Assembly: GCA_951406725.2 (NCBI GenBank)
Contig: OX597816.1
Span: 48,546,001 to 48,610,000 of the forward strand
Reading direction: 5' to 3'
DNA length: 64,000 bases
Source: Octopus vulgaris
Taxonomy: Eukaryota
This document shows, piece after piece, positions 1 through 12,717 of this stretch. The notes below the pieces were generated by a model. It did not search any database, was not told where the DNA came from, and saw only the letters and a list, made by a program, of their open reading frames with translations. Position numbers and translations under genes: made by a program. How positions within the stretch are numbered: the first letter of the stretch is position 1; each line of letters begins with the position of its first letter.

Positions 1-342
1 TAGAGCGAGAGAGACATACATACATACAATCACACACACATATGTATATATATTTATATGTATGTATGTATATGCATATATGTGTGCATATATAAATACA
101 CATTATGTAATGCATATATATATATATATGTATGAATGTATGTGTGTACATATATATATGCATGTTTATATGCATATATATGAATTGTGTATATGTTTAT
201 CTATATTTCTGTGTATGTATATATATACATATATATATATCTTTATATATATATATATATATATACACACACATATATATATATACACACATATATATCA
301 TCATCATCATACGTCCGTTTTCCATGATGATGATGATGATGA

Positions 343-384
<42 letters not shown>

Positions 385-1888
385 CATAATGAAATGGTTT
401 CTGATAGAAAAATCTTTCAAAATTTTGTTTTTACCTCTATGTTATTGTAATTAGCTCACAAAACTTCTTAATCATGATATCTTTGTGGTAAATTCCTAAT
501 TCATAAAAATTCAGAATCTCAAAAATATTCCTGATATCAGAAATCTTGCTTTAAAATTCCATCGCGGCAAGGAGCTAAAAAGGCAGTTTTACAGTCAACC
601 AACATATTAGTCATGAGTTTATGTCGCTTGATTCCAGCTTTGGAGTATGAAGGGTTATTGAGCAACTGAGCATCCACTCTTTTGAAATCTGTTTGAGAAC
701 AGGACTACAAAAGTACCTCAGACACAGACTGCTTCATCCAGACTGCATCAGCTATTGGAACTGAAACATAGCTGATGAGAATCCTCCTGTAGTTGTCAAG
801 TTACAAAGAAGACAGAGAGGATGCTACTCACTTAAGGAACATGAACTGTATGTTCCCTTCAGAACAACATCAAAGTGGACAAACAAGAAAGAAGAATTAT
901 TTTCATTACAGGAGTGCTACAAGATGTATACGATAACTTTAGAGGTCAAATTTAACTTTTCCATCAAATTACACTTTTAAGGAAATTTGCTGGCCTATCA
1001 GAAGTAAGTGATGATCATTTGATGTCTCCTGTCCATTGTCAGCAAGATTTGGGCCTGTTTCCTGACCTACCATCTTCTAGGACACCAAGAACAAAACCTT
1101 ACTGTGGTTTCTGTACTGGTCATTAGACTATAAACTTAATCCCTGCCATACTTGAACTCCAGGAAAGGTACCAATGGCAACACTACATCTCAGACATGAT
1201 GGAGGCTTTTTGACATGGAGGACAGGAACAGTTTGTGGAGATCATGAAAAAAATTGGCCACATGAGCAGTAGTCTCTGTTCAGATTAAAAGAGAAAACAT
1301 GATAGGGGTGAGAGGGTGGTAAAGGAGGGAGTAATGGAAGCAAGACAATGAATGGTAACTACGTGACTGTTGATATGGAGGGTGAATAGGAAAACAGCAA
1401 GGGCAGCATGATGGGAGAAGAGAGTGTGACAAGAAGGAGGAAAGGTGATGGATTTGAGGGAGGATGTATAAGTGATCAATATTAATTGTGAGTGATAGAA
1501 GAGGGAGTAATGTGCGTGTGTGTGTGAGAGAGACAGAGAGAGACTGATGAATGTCAGTAAGGAATTAGGAATTGAGAGAGAGTAAACAGAAGAGAGTGTA
1601 ATGAAAGGAAACAAACTAGGGCAGGAGGATAGGTGAAAGGAGAATATGGCAGGAGAAAGGATATGATAAGGGTGAGAAGGAAGAGGATGGTAAATAATAG
1701 AAAGACAATAATAGGCAGAGAATTATGGGAGTAAACCAGATGTAGATAATATACAACCCAACCCCTGTCAGCATCACTTTAACCCTTTAGCATTTAAAGC
1801 AGCCGTAATCTGGCCCAAATATTCTCCCTGTCTTATGTTCAGGTATTATGTCTCACATGTACCCAACAATGTCATTCTAACAAGAAAA

Positions 1889-2107
1889 GGTGGTGAGCTG
1901 GCAGAAACGTTAGCATGCCGGGCGAAATGCTCAGCAGTATTTCGTCTGCTATTACGTTCTGAGTTCAAATTCCGCTGAGGTCGACTTTGCCTTTCATCCT
2001 TTCGGGGTCGATAAATTAAGTACCAGTTATGCACTGGGGTCGATGTATGTCTGTCCTTGTTTGTCCCCTCTATGTTTAGCCCCTTGTGGGCAATAAAGAA
2101 ATAAGAA
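1889..2107 (+). mobile_element. tRNA-derived SINE, family B
   Basis: Head ggtgagctggcagaa with B-box-like gagttcaaattcc, body cctttcatcctttcggggtcgataaa, and A-rich tail. Many copies occur in the window. Confidence 0.85.
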
Positions 2108-2365
2108 AATTGCTGCAATGCTGCATGATAGTGATGCCAGACATAGCATGCAACTTGTTTGGCATTTGCATTTCATTTTTGCTTTGACCTGCACGTTGCA
2201 TTTTTATTCTTCTCCTCTGTTTTACGAAGCCAGTGTGCACATGTGCCTTGCATGTTCACACATCTCTTTCCAGTTCCTACTCAAAACTATTTACAGATCA
2301 CAACCATCTCATGATCTTGCATTCGTGAGGAGAGTTTTATGCTCCCATGGTAATGAAAAAATATA

Positions 2366-2938
2366 TTGAGTTGTCTGGAAAGTTTGTGCTGATTTATAGT
2401 AGCTAACCTTTCGACTTATTTTAGAACATGGTTGAGTCCATAAAATAGGATTTGACTACACCTCCATTTAGAGCACAGTTTAAGCTATCTTTTCGTGGAA
2501 GAAGGTTTATGTTACTATAACCTGTGTTAATTCTGTAACCCTTTAAATTGGAAGATAAGAAAGTTCATTTTCGGCACTTGATGCTTTGGTAAAACCAGAA
2601 AAAAAAAATTGCTGCAGCTCGACTGGGATGTGTTACCCGACCCTCCATATTCGCCAGTTGTTGCTCCTTTGGATTTCTACTTATTCAGATCCCTGCACAA
2701 TAGTCTTAATGGCAAAAATTTCAATTCCTTGGATGACATAAAAAGATACCTTGATGAATTCTTTGCCATGAAACCACCTCAACTTTGAGAAGAGGGTATT
2801 TTCAAGTTAAAGGAAAGATGGAGATGCATTGTGCAACAAAATGGTTCATATTTGGTTGGTTAAAAATGTAATGGCAAGTATTTATTGACCGTTTTTCTTT
2901 CATTTAAAAAATCGGCACAAACTTTCCGGACAACCCAA
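2366..2938 (+). mobile_element. Internally deleted mariner transposon
   Basis: About 30-bp TIRs (ttgagttgtctggaaagtttgtgctgattt / aaatcggcacaaactttccggacaacccaa) with TA on both sides. The N-terminal remnant EDKKVHFRHLMLW is joined to the C-terminal WDVLPDPPYSPVVAPLDFYLFRSL...KERWRCIVQQNGSY, a decayed YSPDLAP motif. Confidence 0.92.
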
Positions 2939-3049
2939 TACAATCACATGATCTAAATCTTGAAGCTACAAGATAATGAATAATTAAGTTGAAACAAAAT
3001 GAATAAATAATCTGAATGCTAAAGGGTATATGTCCATTTTACCATGCTT

Positions 3050-3500
3050 GCACCAATGGGTGAGTCTTCTGCATTGCGTATTTCCACTTGTTACAGTTAT
3101 CTCCTTTATAAATTTTCCTCCTTTGAGGACAGTTTTGATCACTTCATCTCATCTCTTCCTTTGTCTCCATTTCCTGCAGATAACATTCACTTTGTACACT
3201 CTGCACTAACCTTATACACTAGCATTATATATTAAATAGAGCATGTTCCTTTTCTTTCCTTTCTAGACTCTGCTAATCCTCTGCTTTCACATCTTGCTGC
3301 CATGCAGCAGCGTCACACATCACATACATCATGTAAAAACTGCCTTTCGCTTTGAGAGAAAAATCCATTGTTCTCAGCAATGATAGTAGTTTCCTGAACT
3401 TCTTTTCTAGCTGTTCTTACTGAAGCTGCTTTGTTTTCGAAACATCCACCTGTTCTGCTAATTAGGCTGCATAGATATTTGAAAAATATCTATTACAGTT
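3050..3500 (-). mobile_element. Degenerate RTE LINE RT fragment
   Basis: Diverged similarity to the 62100-62480 region. Confidence 0.5.
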
Positions 3501-3710
3501 GTACTTTTACTGATAATTGCTGATGAACATTTATTCCATTTGAGGTTTACTTTTTCTATTAGATTGACTGATGCCAGTCCACCTCTTGTTCATCAATAGT
3601 TTACACTGAGTACACACTCTATGGAATTTCTATCTACCCTTTACTGCAGTAAAGGGTGCTTTCTTCTTTTCTCCTTATTAATATTTTAGTTTCTGCAATG
3701 TCTATTTGAA

Positions 3711-3931
3711 TCCTTTAGCATTTTAACCAGCCATATCCAGCCAAAATATTCTATCAGTTCTATGTTCAAATTGGCCAGATCCAATCTCTTATGTCTACCT
3801 TGCAATGTCATTCTAAAGATAAACAATCACATCATTGAAATCTCAAAAGCAACAAAATGCTGCATGATTAATTAAAAGCAATATAAACAAATAAGCATTA
3901 CATTTGACAGAGTAATCTGAATGCTAAAGGC
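3711..3931 (+). mobile_element. piggyBac-like MITE (~220 bp)
   Basis: TIRs cctttagcatt / aatgctaaagg with TTAA on the right. Confidence 0.7.
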
Positions 3932-6629
3932 TTAAGGTTTCTCAGTGTAAGTTTGCTAGGTAGTCTAAAATTTCTTCTCTAAACTATCTACAGATTCAAC
4001 CATGAGGACTGGATCATTGGCACAGGATTTCCCCATAGGCAGCTAGTTTTAGACTTATTTGTTACAAACAGGACTATAATGAACAGGAGGGAAAAATTGA
4101 ACTCTGATAGACTTCTCTCTACATGATAAATTCCTCATTAGACTCATAGCTAATGTTCCCCTTGCTAACTTCATTCCTGTACATAGCTTATCCCTACCAG
4201 GCTACAAAGTATAGGTCCCTATCAAAGCCAGATTGCTAAATGCTAGGTAGAGTAACTGAGTCTGAGCTAAGTACTTCTCCTTCAGTTGTTTCACTAGCAA
4301 AGCATCCAGAGTACCTTTTCCTAATGCAATTCTCTTCCTAATCAGTTAGGCTATAAGTCTTTCGCTGTCTTTCATAACATGGTCCATCAATTTAATACCT
4401 CTAAAGTTTCCCTTTTCTAGTGCATGTCATTTCTTTTTTATAGCAATTAACAAAGATACCGTTACACCAGTCATTGAGTATTACACTTCCCTGTATTCTC
4501 TGATTGGTTATGTGACTATCATCATCATCATCATTTAACAGTCTTTGTCCATGCTGGCATAGGTTGGACAGTGTGACCAGAGCTGGCAAGCCAGGAGGCT
4601 GCACTACCAGACTCTAGTGTAATTTTGCATTGTCTTTATGGCTGGATGCCCTTCCTAATGCCAACCACTTTACAGTGTGTGCTGGATGCTTTTACGTGTC
4701 ACAGTATGGACACTTTTACATGTCGCTGCACAGGCATTCTTACGTGTCACCACAAGGGTGCTTTTTTTTACATGTTCCCACACAGGCACTTTTATGTGCC
4801 ACCACATGGGTGATTTTACATGTTACCACAAAGATACTTTTATGTGATGCTGCATGGGCACTTTTAGGTGGTATTGTACAGACGCTTTTATGTGATGCCA
4901 CATGGGTGCTTTTACACATCATCACACTATCTAGTGCTCAACCTACATCACTTGATAATGTCAGCATCCCAAACTCTGTTTTAAGTGATTCAGCTTCCTT
5001 CCCTGCCTTCATATTGTTAATCATGCTTTCTGCTCCTTTTCAATCTACATATATATTTCGAAACCTGTTACTAGTCCATTAACATTTCAAGAAGGTCACT
5101 ACCCCATCATTAGAATGGAATAGTGGTTGGTAATATTAGAATATAAGTGGAGGCTAGTGGCTTAGTGGTTAGGGTGTCAGCATCATGATTGTAGGATTGT
5201 GGTTTCGTTTCCTGGGCCAGACGACTCGTTATGTTCTTGAGCAAAACACTTCATTTCAATGAAGACATTCGAGCAAGGTCATTGCCAGTGCCGCTGGACT
5301 GACTCCTGTGCAGGTGGCACATAGAAAACACCATTTCCAGCATGGCCATTGCCAGTACCACCAGACTGGTCCTCGTGCTGGTGTCACATAAAAGCACTCA
5401 CTACACTCTCGGAGTTGTTGGCGTTAGGAAGGGCATCCATCTATAGAGACTCTGCCAGATCAGATTGGAGCCTGGCGCAGCCATCTGGTTCGCCAGTTCT
5501 CAGTCAAATCGTCCAACCCATGCTAGCACGGAAAGCAGATGTTAAATGATGATGATGATGATGATGATAGAGTAAGCTCTCTGCTTTGCATTCTCTTCAT
5601 TCAGGGATTCCTTCATAGCATTTCCATGCCCCTTTTTCTTTAGTGCCAATTAGGGAAAGTACATGTTTTCTTCATGATATTCCAATTGTTATTGCTTTGC
5701 TTCTTGGAAACCTCACATCTCCAGTCCTCGCATCACACACACGTGTAAACATCTTACTTTAGTTCCACCTCGCTGAACATGTAAATGCTGCAGTAATGTT
5801 GTCCAAAACTTAATAATTATTTTATCACACATCATGATTACATTGCTTGCTTAATTTACTTCATTTCTTTACCAATAATATGCCTTCTCTAACCATTTCA
5901 TCACTGTTATCCAGCCAGAAGAATTTGTACATGTTGTTCTTTGCTTATGAGGAGTCTGGCTGAGGCTCATATCATATCTGTGTGCGTCCCCGCCAACACA
6001 ATCATTTTTATATTCATATTTCTATGTTGGCATGGATTAGATGTGATTTGTGAGGCAGTGTTTTAAGGTCGAATATCTTCCCTAATGCTAACCTTCTTAG
6101 TTGCTTCTTATGGCATAGGATACAGTGAGCCTATTCTAAGAACAGGAATGTGCATGCATGCTCACTCACGCATGCATGCACACACACATACGCACATATG
6201 TAAAAGTTTGCATCCAAATACTGGAGGAATGAGCTCCTATCTAATATTGAAGTTCACTTATTATGGCTTGCAACTGGAGATTGGTGTCTTTATATTGTTT
6301 AAAGACACTTCTCTCAGACAATCTCTGCTTGTAATATTGCAGTCATGATAATATTTTTTCAAAACAACAGATAATTGTGTTAGCAGACTTGACCTTAACT
6401 CTGGCAACACGTGAACAAAAAATTTTACTGCTCAGCAGCAACTGTCCAAGTATAGGTGTCATCAGAAACTAGCAAAAGAGTGAAAAATATGAAAATGACC
6501 ACCAAACTGAAGAATTCTACCTAATCAATGAAGCAAGCATGATTGCTGTTAAACCAAGTTACTGGAATGTTTTAACTGCCTCAGGCACATCAAGATGTGT
6601 GAGCTACAATCTTTAGGCATGTTATATAT

Positions 6630-7310
6630 GGAGACAGTTTTATTAAACAATATATTTGTTATAGTGTTTTTGGTAGTGAATTGATTTTGGAAAACATAAT
6701 TTTGACTGATCAGAAAATACTATCCAACAAATATTATAGCTGTGTGATTTTAATTTGAAATTCATAAGATTTCAATTTACATATAAATGTGAATATTTTG
6801 TCACAAATTTAATAAGATTTTACATGAATATCTCCAGTTTTCTACTTCTATTTATAGAGAATGTTTTCAATAAATCATCTCAGTAATTTTCTCTTGTATA
6901 TATTTGATTATGTTCAACAACATGTTTTATGAATGAGGATAATTTTCTACAAATTTCACATCTATAAGGTTTTAGCTGTGTTTTTCTAGTAATGATTAAT
7001 GAAATTGTGTCACAGTCGGAAACTCTAATGTCGAATAACAGCAAACAGATCTTTTTTCGGGGTGTATTTGTGGTTTACAAGATGGAACACAGAAAATGAA
7101 GAATGATTTCCAATGTATTTCACAATGATAATTTTTTTCTCTAGTCTGCATTTAGCTGTGGATTACATGCGTAGTCTTACTTTGCACTGAGTGATTCTTC
7201 ATATACTTAGCATTGATATAGTTTTTTTTTTTCCATTGTATATTCATTTATCAACTACATGTTTATAGTTCACCAAGAAGGATTTCCAAATATTTTGGCA
7301 AAAAGCTGTA
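6630..7310 (-). pseudogene. Decayed tandem C2H2 zinc-finger array
   Basis: Minus-strand pieces read KPYRCEICRKLSSFIKHVVEHNQIYTRE (6972-6889), QTREK/YHCEIHWKSF, LYQC*VYEESLS and ICDKIFT. These resemble HTGEKPYxCxxCGKxF repeats interrupted by stops and frameshifts. Confidence 0.6.
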
Positions 7311-7645
7311 CATCACTATGATTTTATATAGAATTCCATAAAGAATTATAAAAATAGCTATAGAAACTTTATTACTAATAAAAATACCAGCCGAAAGTCA
7401 GCACAAATAGACAAGTAAAATATCCTGAAATCTATCTGGGCTTAACAATGTATGATTTGTCATTGATAAATTTGTCAGTTATGAAAATATTCTCATGATC
7501 ATTTGTGACCTAGTGCAAAGCACATGAACAACATTTTAATATTACCAACCACTACTCCATTCTAATGATGGGGTAGTGACCTCCTTGAAATGGTAATGGA
7601 CTAGTAACAGGTTTCGAAATATATACATGTAAATAATACATAAAT

Positions 7646-8130
7646 GGAGGCGCATGGCTTAGTGGTTAGAGTGTCAGCATCATGATTGTAAAATTGTGGT
7701 TTCGATTCCTGGACCGGATGACGTGTTGTGTTCTTGAGCAAAACACTTCATTTCACGTTGCTCCAGTCCACTCAACTGGCAAAAATGAGTAATGCTGCGA
7801 TGGACTGGTGTCCCATCCAGCTGGGGAACACATACGCCATTGAAACTGGGAAACCAGGCCCATGAGCCTGGCTAGGCTTTAAAAAGGGCACAAAGTGGAG
7901 GTGCGTGGTTTAGTGGTTAGGGTGTCAGCACCATGATTGTAAGATTGTGGTTTCGATTCCTGGACCAGATGACTTGTGTTCTTGAGCAAAACACTTCATT
8001 TCACATTGCTCCAGTCCACTCAGCTGGCAAAAATGAGTAACGCTGCGATGGACTGGTCCAGCTGGGTAGCACAAACGCCATTGAAACCGAGGAACCGGGC
8101 CCATGAGCCAGGTTAGGCTTTAAAAGGGAG
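7646..8130 (+). mobile_element. Head-to-tail pair of tRNA-derived SINE family C
   Basis: Two ~245-bp copies start ggaggcgcatggcttagtggttag (7646) and ggaggtgcgtggtttagtggttag (7897), each with B-box-like gtttcgattcct. Related heads occur at ~5148, 21930, 31815, 33690, 50755 and 63645. Confidence 0.85.
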
Positions 8131-8922
8131 CATTTATTTATTACATAATACATAAGACACACCTGTATATATTCACACACATGTTTGTTAGTTGCATGCT
8201 TGTTTTTTTCTTGTGAGCATGGGTTCTACATATAGATACACACACACTATCCTGCACATCTTCACATTGTTTTATTCCAATTTTCATGCTGCTAGGTTGT
8301 CATGGTCCGAATCATTTCTTAGTGGCAGTCACTGCTCCCATGGACTGGTGCTAGTATGTGCCATTTATCTTAGTTGGATATGCCTTTTATCATCAACCAC
8401 TTTACAATGTGTACTGGTTACATTTACTGTTAATCTTGGCACTAACATTAGGGAGGTTAAATAGTTGTTGGCAAGACCAACTAAAGTGACCTCATACCCC
8501 GCCTATATTTTCTATACTCATTTTCCAACCACTCTACTATAAATACTGGGTGCAGTTTTCATTATATCAGCACTAGAGAGGTAATCTCACTGACCAGTCA
8601 CCTATAGGTGAAACATAGCTGACAGGGGTATTCTCTCATGGTACCATCCAAGATGAGAAATGTCATATATACTCTAAATGTAGAAGTTACTCACTCAGTA
8701 GTCTAAGGCATTTAGCCTCAGGAGGGATATAGGAGAGAGGGTGTCATCGGAAGGACCAGTATAAGTGGGTGAGTAGAAAGAGCAAGTGTATGATGGAGAA
8801 AGATAGGGCTACATGGAGTAGAGTTGAAAGGAGACTGATTGGCAATAGCAGAGGTGGACAAATGTGATGATGAGTGATGAGATAATGGCAAAAGTGAGCG
8901 CTTGATGGCAATGGATGGGGTT

Positions 8923-8964
<42 letters not shown>

Positions 8965-9059
8965 CTTGCAGTACAGCTGAGGGAAGGTAGAATATATTGA
9001 CTTGGAGAATGAAGATTGGTCTATTGCAGTCTTTTATACATAGGCTTAGTGAAAAGCTA

Positions 9060-9450
9060 AGAGCTCAAAGTTACAGCTCAATGTTGGGTAGTGTGTTCCT
9101 TAGCAGGAATAATTTTGGTATCTATGATGGTCTGTTTATTCCATTTGATGGTGAGAATGAAAGCTGTCTGATTTGTGAATTTAACAGATAAGTAAGAGAT
9201 AAGGTGGTTGGCTATTTCTGGAATTGTGTGTGTTGCAAATTGTTAGATCAGTTGCATCACAAATCTTCTCCAGACTTCCACATTTTTCCATACCATAGCC
9301 ATATCTTCCATGATCCTCATCAAAGCCATCATGGTATTGACCATCATGGCAGTGTGTCACTAACCACAATAATGAAGTTGCTGTTGTACATTGTTGAAGT
9401 AGTCTGCAGAAACGGATTTCTGTGATGCTTTGAAGTGTTGTGATTGCTGT
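9060..9450 (-). mobile_element. Degenerate RTE LINE AP-endonuclease fragment
   Basis: GFDEDHGRYGYG...KICDATDLTICNT...IDTKIIPAKE resembles RTE endonuclease motifs (HGGxGxG, LxIxNT, DxKVIP). Confidence 0.65.
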
Positions 9451-10640
9451 ATATATTGCAAAGCAGGGAATGTAGATACGAGAAACATTCTTCACTCAAG
9501 TACTGGTGTATTTTTTTAAGGCCATTTCAAGGAACTTACTGATACCACCTTGTATCTTAAAATAGTGAACTAAATTGATTTTCAGTAGTAACATACAATT
9601 ACAACATTCAAAAGTTGACCAGAAATTTAAAACAGTCTTTTATAATTTTGTTAGAACAATATAAAAGCTAACAACTAAGTGACTGTTTCTGTTTGTTTTA
9701 GCCCTTCACACCTGGTGGAGCATTGGCTATTGAGGGCTTTTCTATGTTGTTCTTGACAGTGGGCAGTCTTCCCTGGGAGAAGGTCTTCCTCTCTCAGGCC
9801 TTGTTATTTCTGTAGTATTTGCTTTTTTTCTAGTTAGGGGTGTTGGCCCTATGCAAACCTATTTTTACTTTTAAGAAGAGGTAGCCCATATTTGTCTAGC
9901 CTTTATCCTTTGACTAGTCCAACATGGAAGGGTCCACCAGGAGCTTGCACTTTGTTCACATAGCTCTCAGGGTCACCAAGGCATATGAGCCACTACACTG
10001 CAACAAACACTAGACCTTGTAGTAGACAAAAGTGATTGTGCACCCATTGTAAAGCCTGGTGACATAAATAAGGCTAATTTGTGTTGTTATTTATTTCCTT
10101 TCTTTAACTATGACTGTCTCTTATCTGAAAATGTGATAATTTTATTGTACATTGTTTCCAGTACATTTTGAATTGTCATCACACATTTACATCATTTAAC
10201 AAGATACATGCAATTTTCTCTGATGTAACCTAGAGTATATTAATACACTTAGAAATGTAGATTTCTGAAGGAAATTAATGTCACTTTTAAGTTTTAATCC
10301 TTACTGTTATCTCTATTCACTTTTTATTTCTAGCAATATTTTTCGATGTTCTTCATTTAGTATATTGTTTTCTTTTTTCTCTCTTTTCAGTCAAAAGTAT
10401 ATTTCTATTGTTAATATCATTTCTTCTTGGAAGTTCTCTTTTCATTAGAAATATTCATGTCATAACCTTTTAACAGTGCTTTTAATACTTTTGTTTTGTT
10501 ATTCTTTTATCTTAAATTATTACATATTGAAAAACTTCATAGATAATTAAAAAAAAAACAGGAAATGAAAGGTTTTGGTGCACAACTGTTATTAAAAATA
10601 TGTAATTGTAAGAAAAAGTGTGAATGTATGGAAGCATGTG

Positions 10641-10678
<38 letters not shown>

Positions 10679-11018
10679 CATATACATATATACATGTGGG
10701 TGTAAAAGTGAACGAAAAAGCACTTAGTAAGTTTTAAAGAAGCTAAGTGCATGTATTACAAGTTGACTCAACCCTCCATCATTTGAAGATTCATAGCAAC
10801 AAAATCACATCAGTGATGTGCTCTACTTGGTTTTACACCATTGAAACTTCAGGTAATTAGGGGAATGAGTTAAGATATACACACATACACTAATGCATAT
10901 GTATGCATGTAAGTGTGCTTGTTTTAGAAAGTGGTTATAAATGTCTCTTGATAATTGCTTAGCATAAGCTAGGCATGAAATTAAAAGTTGTGAGGGATTA
11001 TAACTATCATAAATATAT

Positions 11019-11053
<35 letters not shown>

Positions 11054-11157
11054 AGTTATATATATATAGATATATATATATATATATAAGTTATATATAT
11101 ATAGATATATATAAGATATATGTATATATGATATATATAATATATATATATAATATA

Positions 11158-11573
11158 GGCACAGGAGTGGCTGTGTGGTAAGTAGCTTGCTAACCAGCCA
11201 CATGGTTCCGGGTTCAGTCCCACTGCGTGGCATCTTGGGCAAGTGTCTTCTGCTATAGCCCCGGGCCGACCAATGCCTTGTAAGTTGATTTGGTAGACGG
11301 AAACTGAAAGAAGCCTGTCGTATATATGTATATATATATTTATGTGTGTATGTGTGTGTATGTTTGTGTATCTGTGTTTGTCCTCTTAGCATTGCTTGAC
11401 AACCGATGCTGGTGTGTTTACGTTCCCGTCACTTAGCGGTTCGGCAAAAGAGACCAATAGAATAAGTACTGGGCTTACAAAGAATAAGTCCCGGGGTCGA
11501 TTTGCTCGACTAAAGGCGGTGCTCCAGCATGGCCGCAGTCAAATGACTGAAACAAGTAAAAGAGTAAAAGAGT
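11158..11573 (+). mobile_element. tRNA-derived SINE, family A, full length
   Basis: A-box-like tggctgtgtggt and B-box-like ggttcagtccc, an internal (TA/TG)n tract, and a 3' (taaaagag)n tail. Confidence 0.85.
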
Positions 11574-11715
11574 ATATAATATATGTGTAATTAATTACTA
11601 AGGGTGAGAGAATTAGATACTAATTTAATAGTATATTTATTCCACACCAAGTGGCCTAGTGCTACGAGAAACCTGGATTATTATAATATTTTATAACATA
11701 TTATAATATTTTTAC

Positions 11716-11903
11716 AAAATAAATATAAGAGAGTGGTCACTATATTGCTCACTCTAGCACCAGTTAATCCAAAGGTTTCAACCACGAAAATACATGTTTC
11801 CCATGAAAGCCAGTACGACTGTTAGCTAACAGTCGTACTGGCTTCATGGGAAACATGTATTTCGTGGTTGAAAATATAGTGACCACTCTCTTATATTTAT
11901 TTT
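11716..11903. repeat. Near-perfect spacerless palindrome
   Basis: Centred on gttag|ctaac (11825/11826), with ~78 bp paired and a ~30-nt insertion in the left arm. Confidence 0.9.
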
Positions 11904-11914
11904 ATTTATTTTGT

Positions 11915-12056
11915 AATATATGTGTATATATATAATATATGTATATATATATATAATATAATATATATATATATAATATATACATAATATATATATAACA
12001 TATATAATATATGTGTATATATATAATATATGTATATATATATAATATAATATATG

Positions 12057-12089
<33 letters not shown>

Positions 12090-12148
12090 GAACATATATT
12101 ATATATGTATATATATATAATATATGTATATATATATAATATATATAT

Positions 12149-12197
<49 letters not shown>
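11915..12197. repeat. (TA)n-derived low-complexity tract
   Basis: Directly visible. Similar tracts lie at 1-385, 26100-26950, 27370-27900, 34615-34935 and 61145-61320. Confidence 0.9.
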
Positions 12198-12199
<2 letters not shown>

Positions 12200-12224
12200 G
12201 ATGTATGAGTTTAGATATTTTGAG

Positions 12225-12477
12225 AATGTGAAATGATTCCTTATAAGAATGGTGAATCTCAAAGAGGGAAATGAATCTGTAAATAATAGTGTGTAAATAT
12301 TGTGTTATATGTCCCTTGAATAGGAAGAACTGAAAGTTACTTGTAGGATATGAACCCACATATCCCATGCATAGCCTGTGACATTTTTGTCCCAAAAGTT
12401 TTTAACCCAATATTAACATACTGTTATTTATAGCTTTATCTGCTCCAAGATTCACTGTTCCAAAAAACAATCATATA
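12225..12477 (-). mobile_element. Inverted-repeat element with a tRNA-like core, in TA/TG microsatellite
   Basis: Imperfect ~70-bp inverted arms. A relative at 40945-41105 shows A/B-box-like sequence. Confidence 0.5.
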
Positions 12478-12511
12478 CGTGTGTGTGTGTGTATATACAC
12501 ACACACACACA

Positions 12512-12558
12512 GAGTAGTACCTCAGTTTTTGAACAACTCTGATCACAAATAAATCAAG

Positions 12559-12614
<56 letters not shown>

Positions 12615-12659
12615 CAATTTACTAATGATCAGAGTTGCTCGAAAACTGAGGTACTACTG
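12512..12659. mobile_element. Tc1/pogo-like MITE whose interior is mostly (TA)n
   Basis: About 33-bp TIRs agtagtacctcagtttttgaacaactctgatca / tgatcagagttgctcgaaaactgaggtactactg|ta. Confidence 0.7.
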
Positions 12660-12685
12660 TATATATATGTATGTAAGTAAGTATG

Positions 12686-12717
<32 letters not shown>

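Larger units (their letters stand above)
1783..3026 (+). mobile_element. piggyBac-like MITE split by nested insertions
   Basis: Left end ttaa|CCCTTTAGCATT and right end AATGCTAAAGGG. The two halves match the uninterrupted copy at 3711-3931. Confidence 0.65.

Noticed and set aside
62-454. Y/I/C/V/H/T-rich ORFs here and at 14062-14802, 16928-17403, 25821-27837, 34619-35038 and similar places
   Set aside because: They are translations of stop-free (TA)n/(TG)n/(CA)n microsatellites, not genes.
1285-1760. 109-aa S/L/H/F-rich minus ORF
   Set aside because: It arises from a purine-rich (GA) low-complexity tract.
4680-4920. CRISPR-like regular repeats
   Set aside because: They are degenerate tandem units without unique spacers, inside a SINE, in eukaryotic DNA with no cas genes.
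7646-7720. tRNA genes at SINE heads
   Set aside because: A/B boxes are present, but the acceptor stems do not close and they run directly into SINE bodies.
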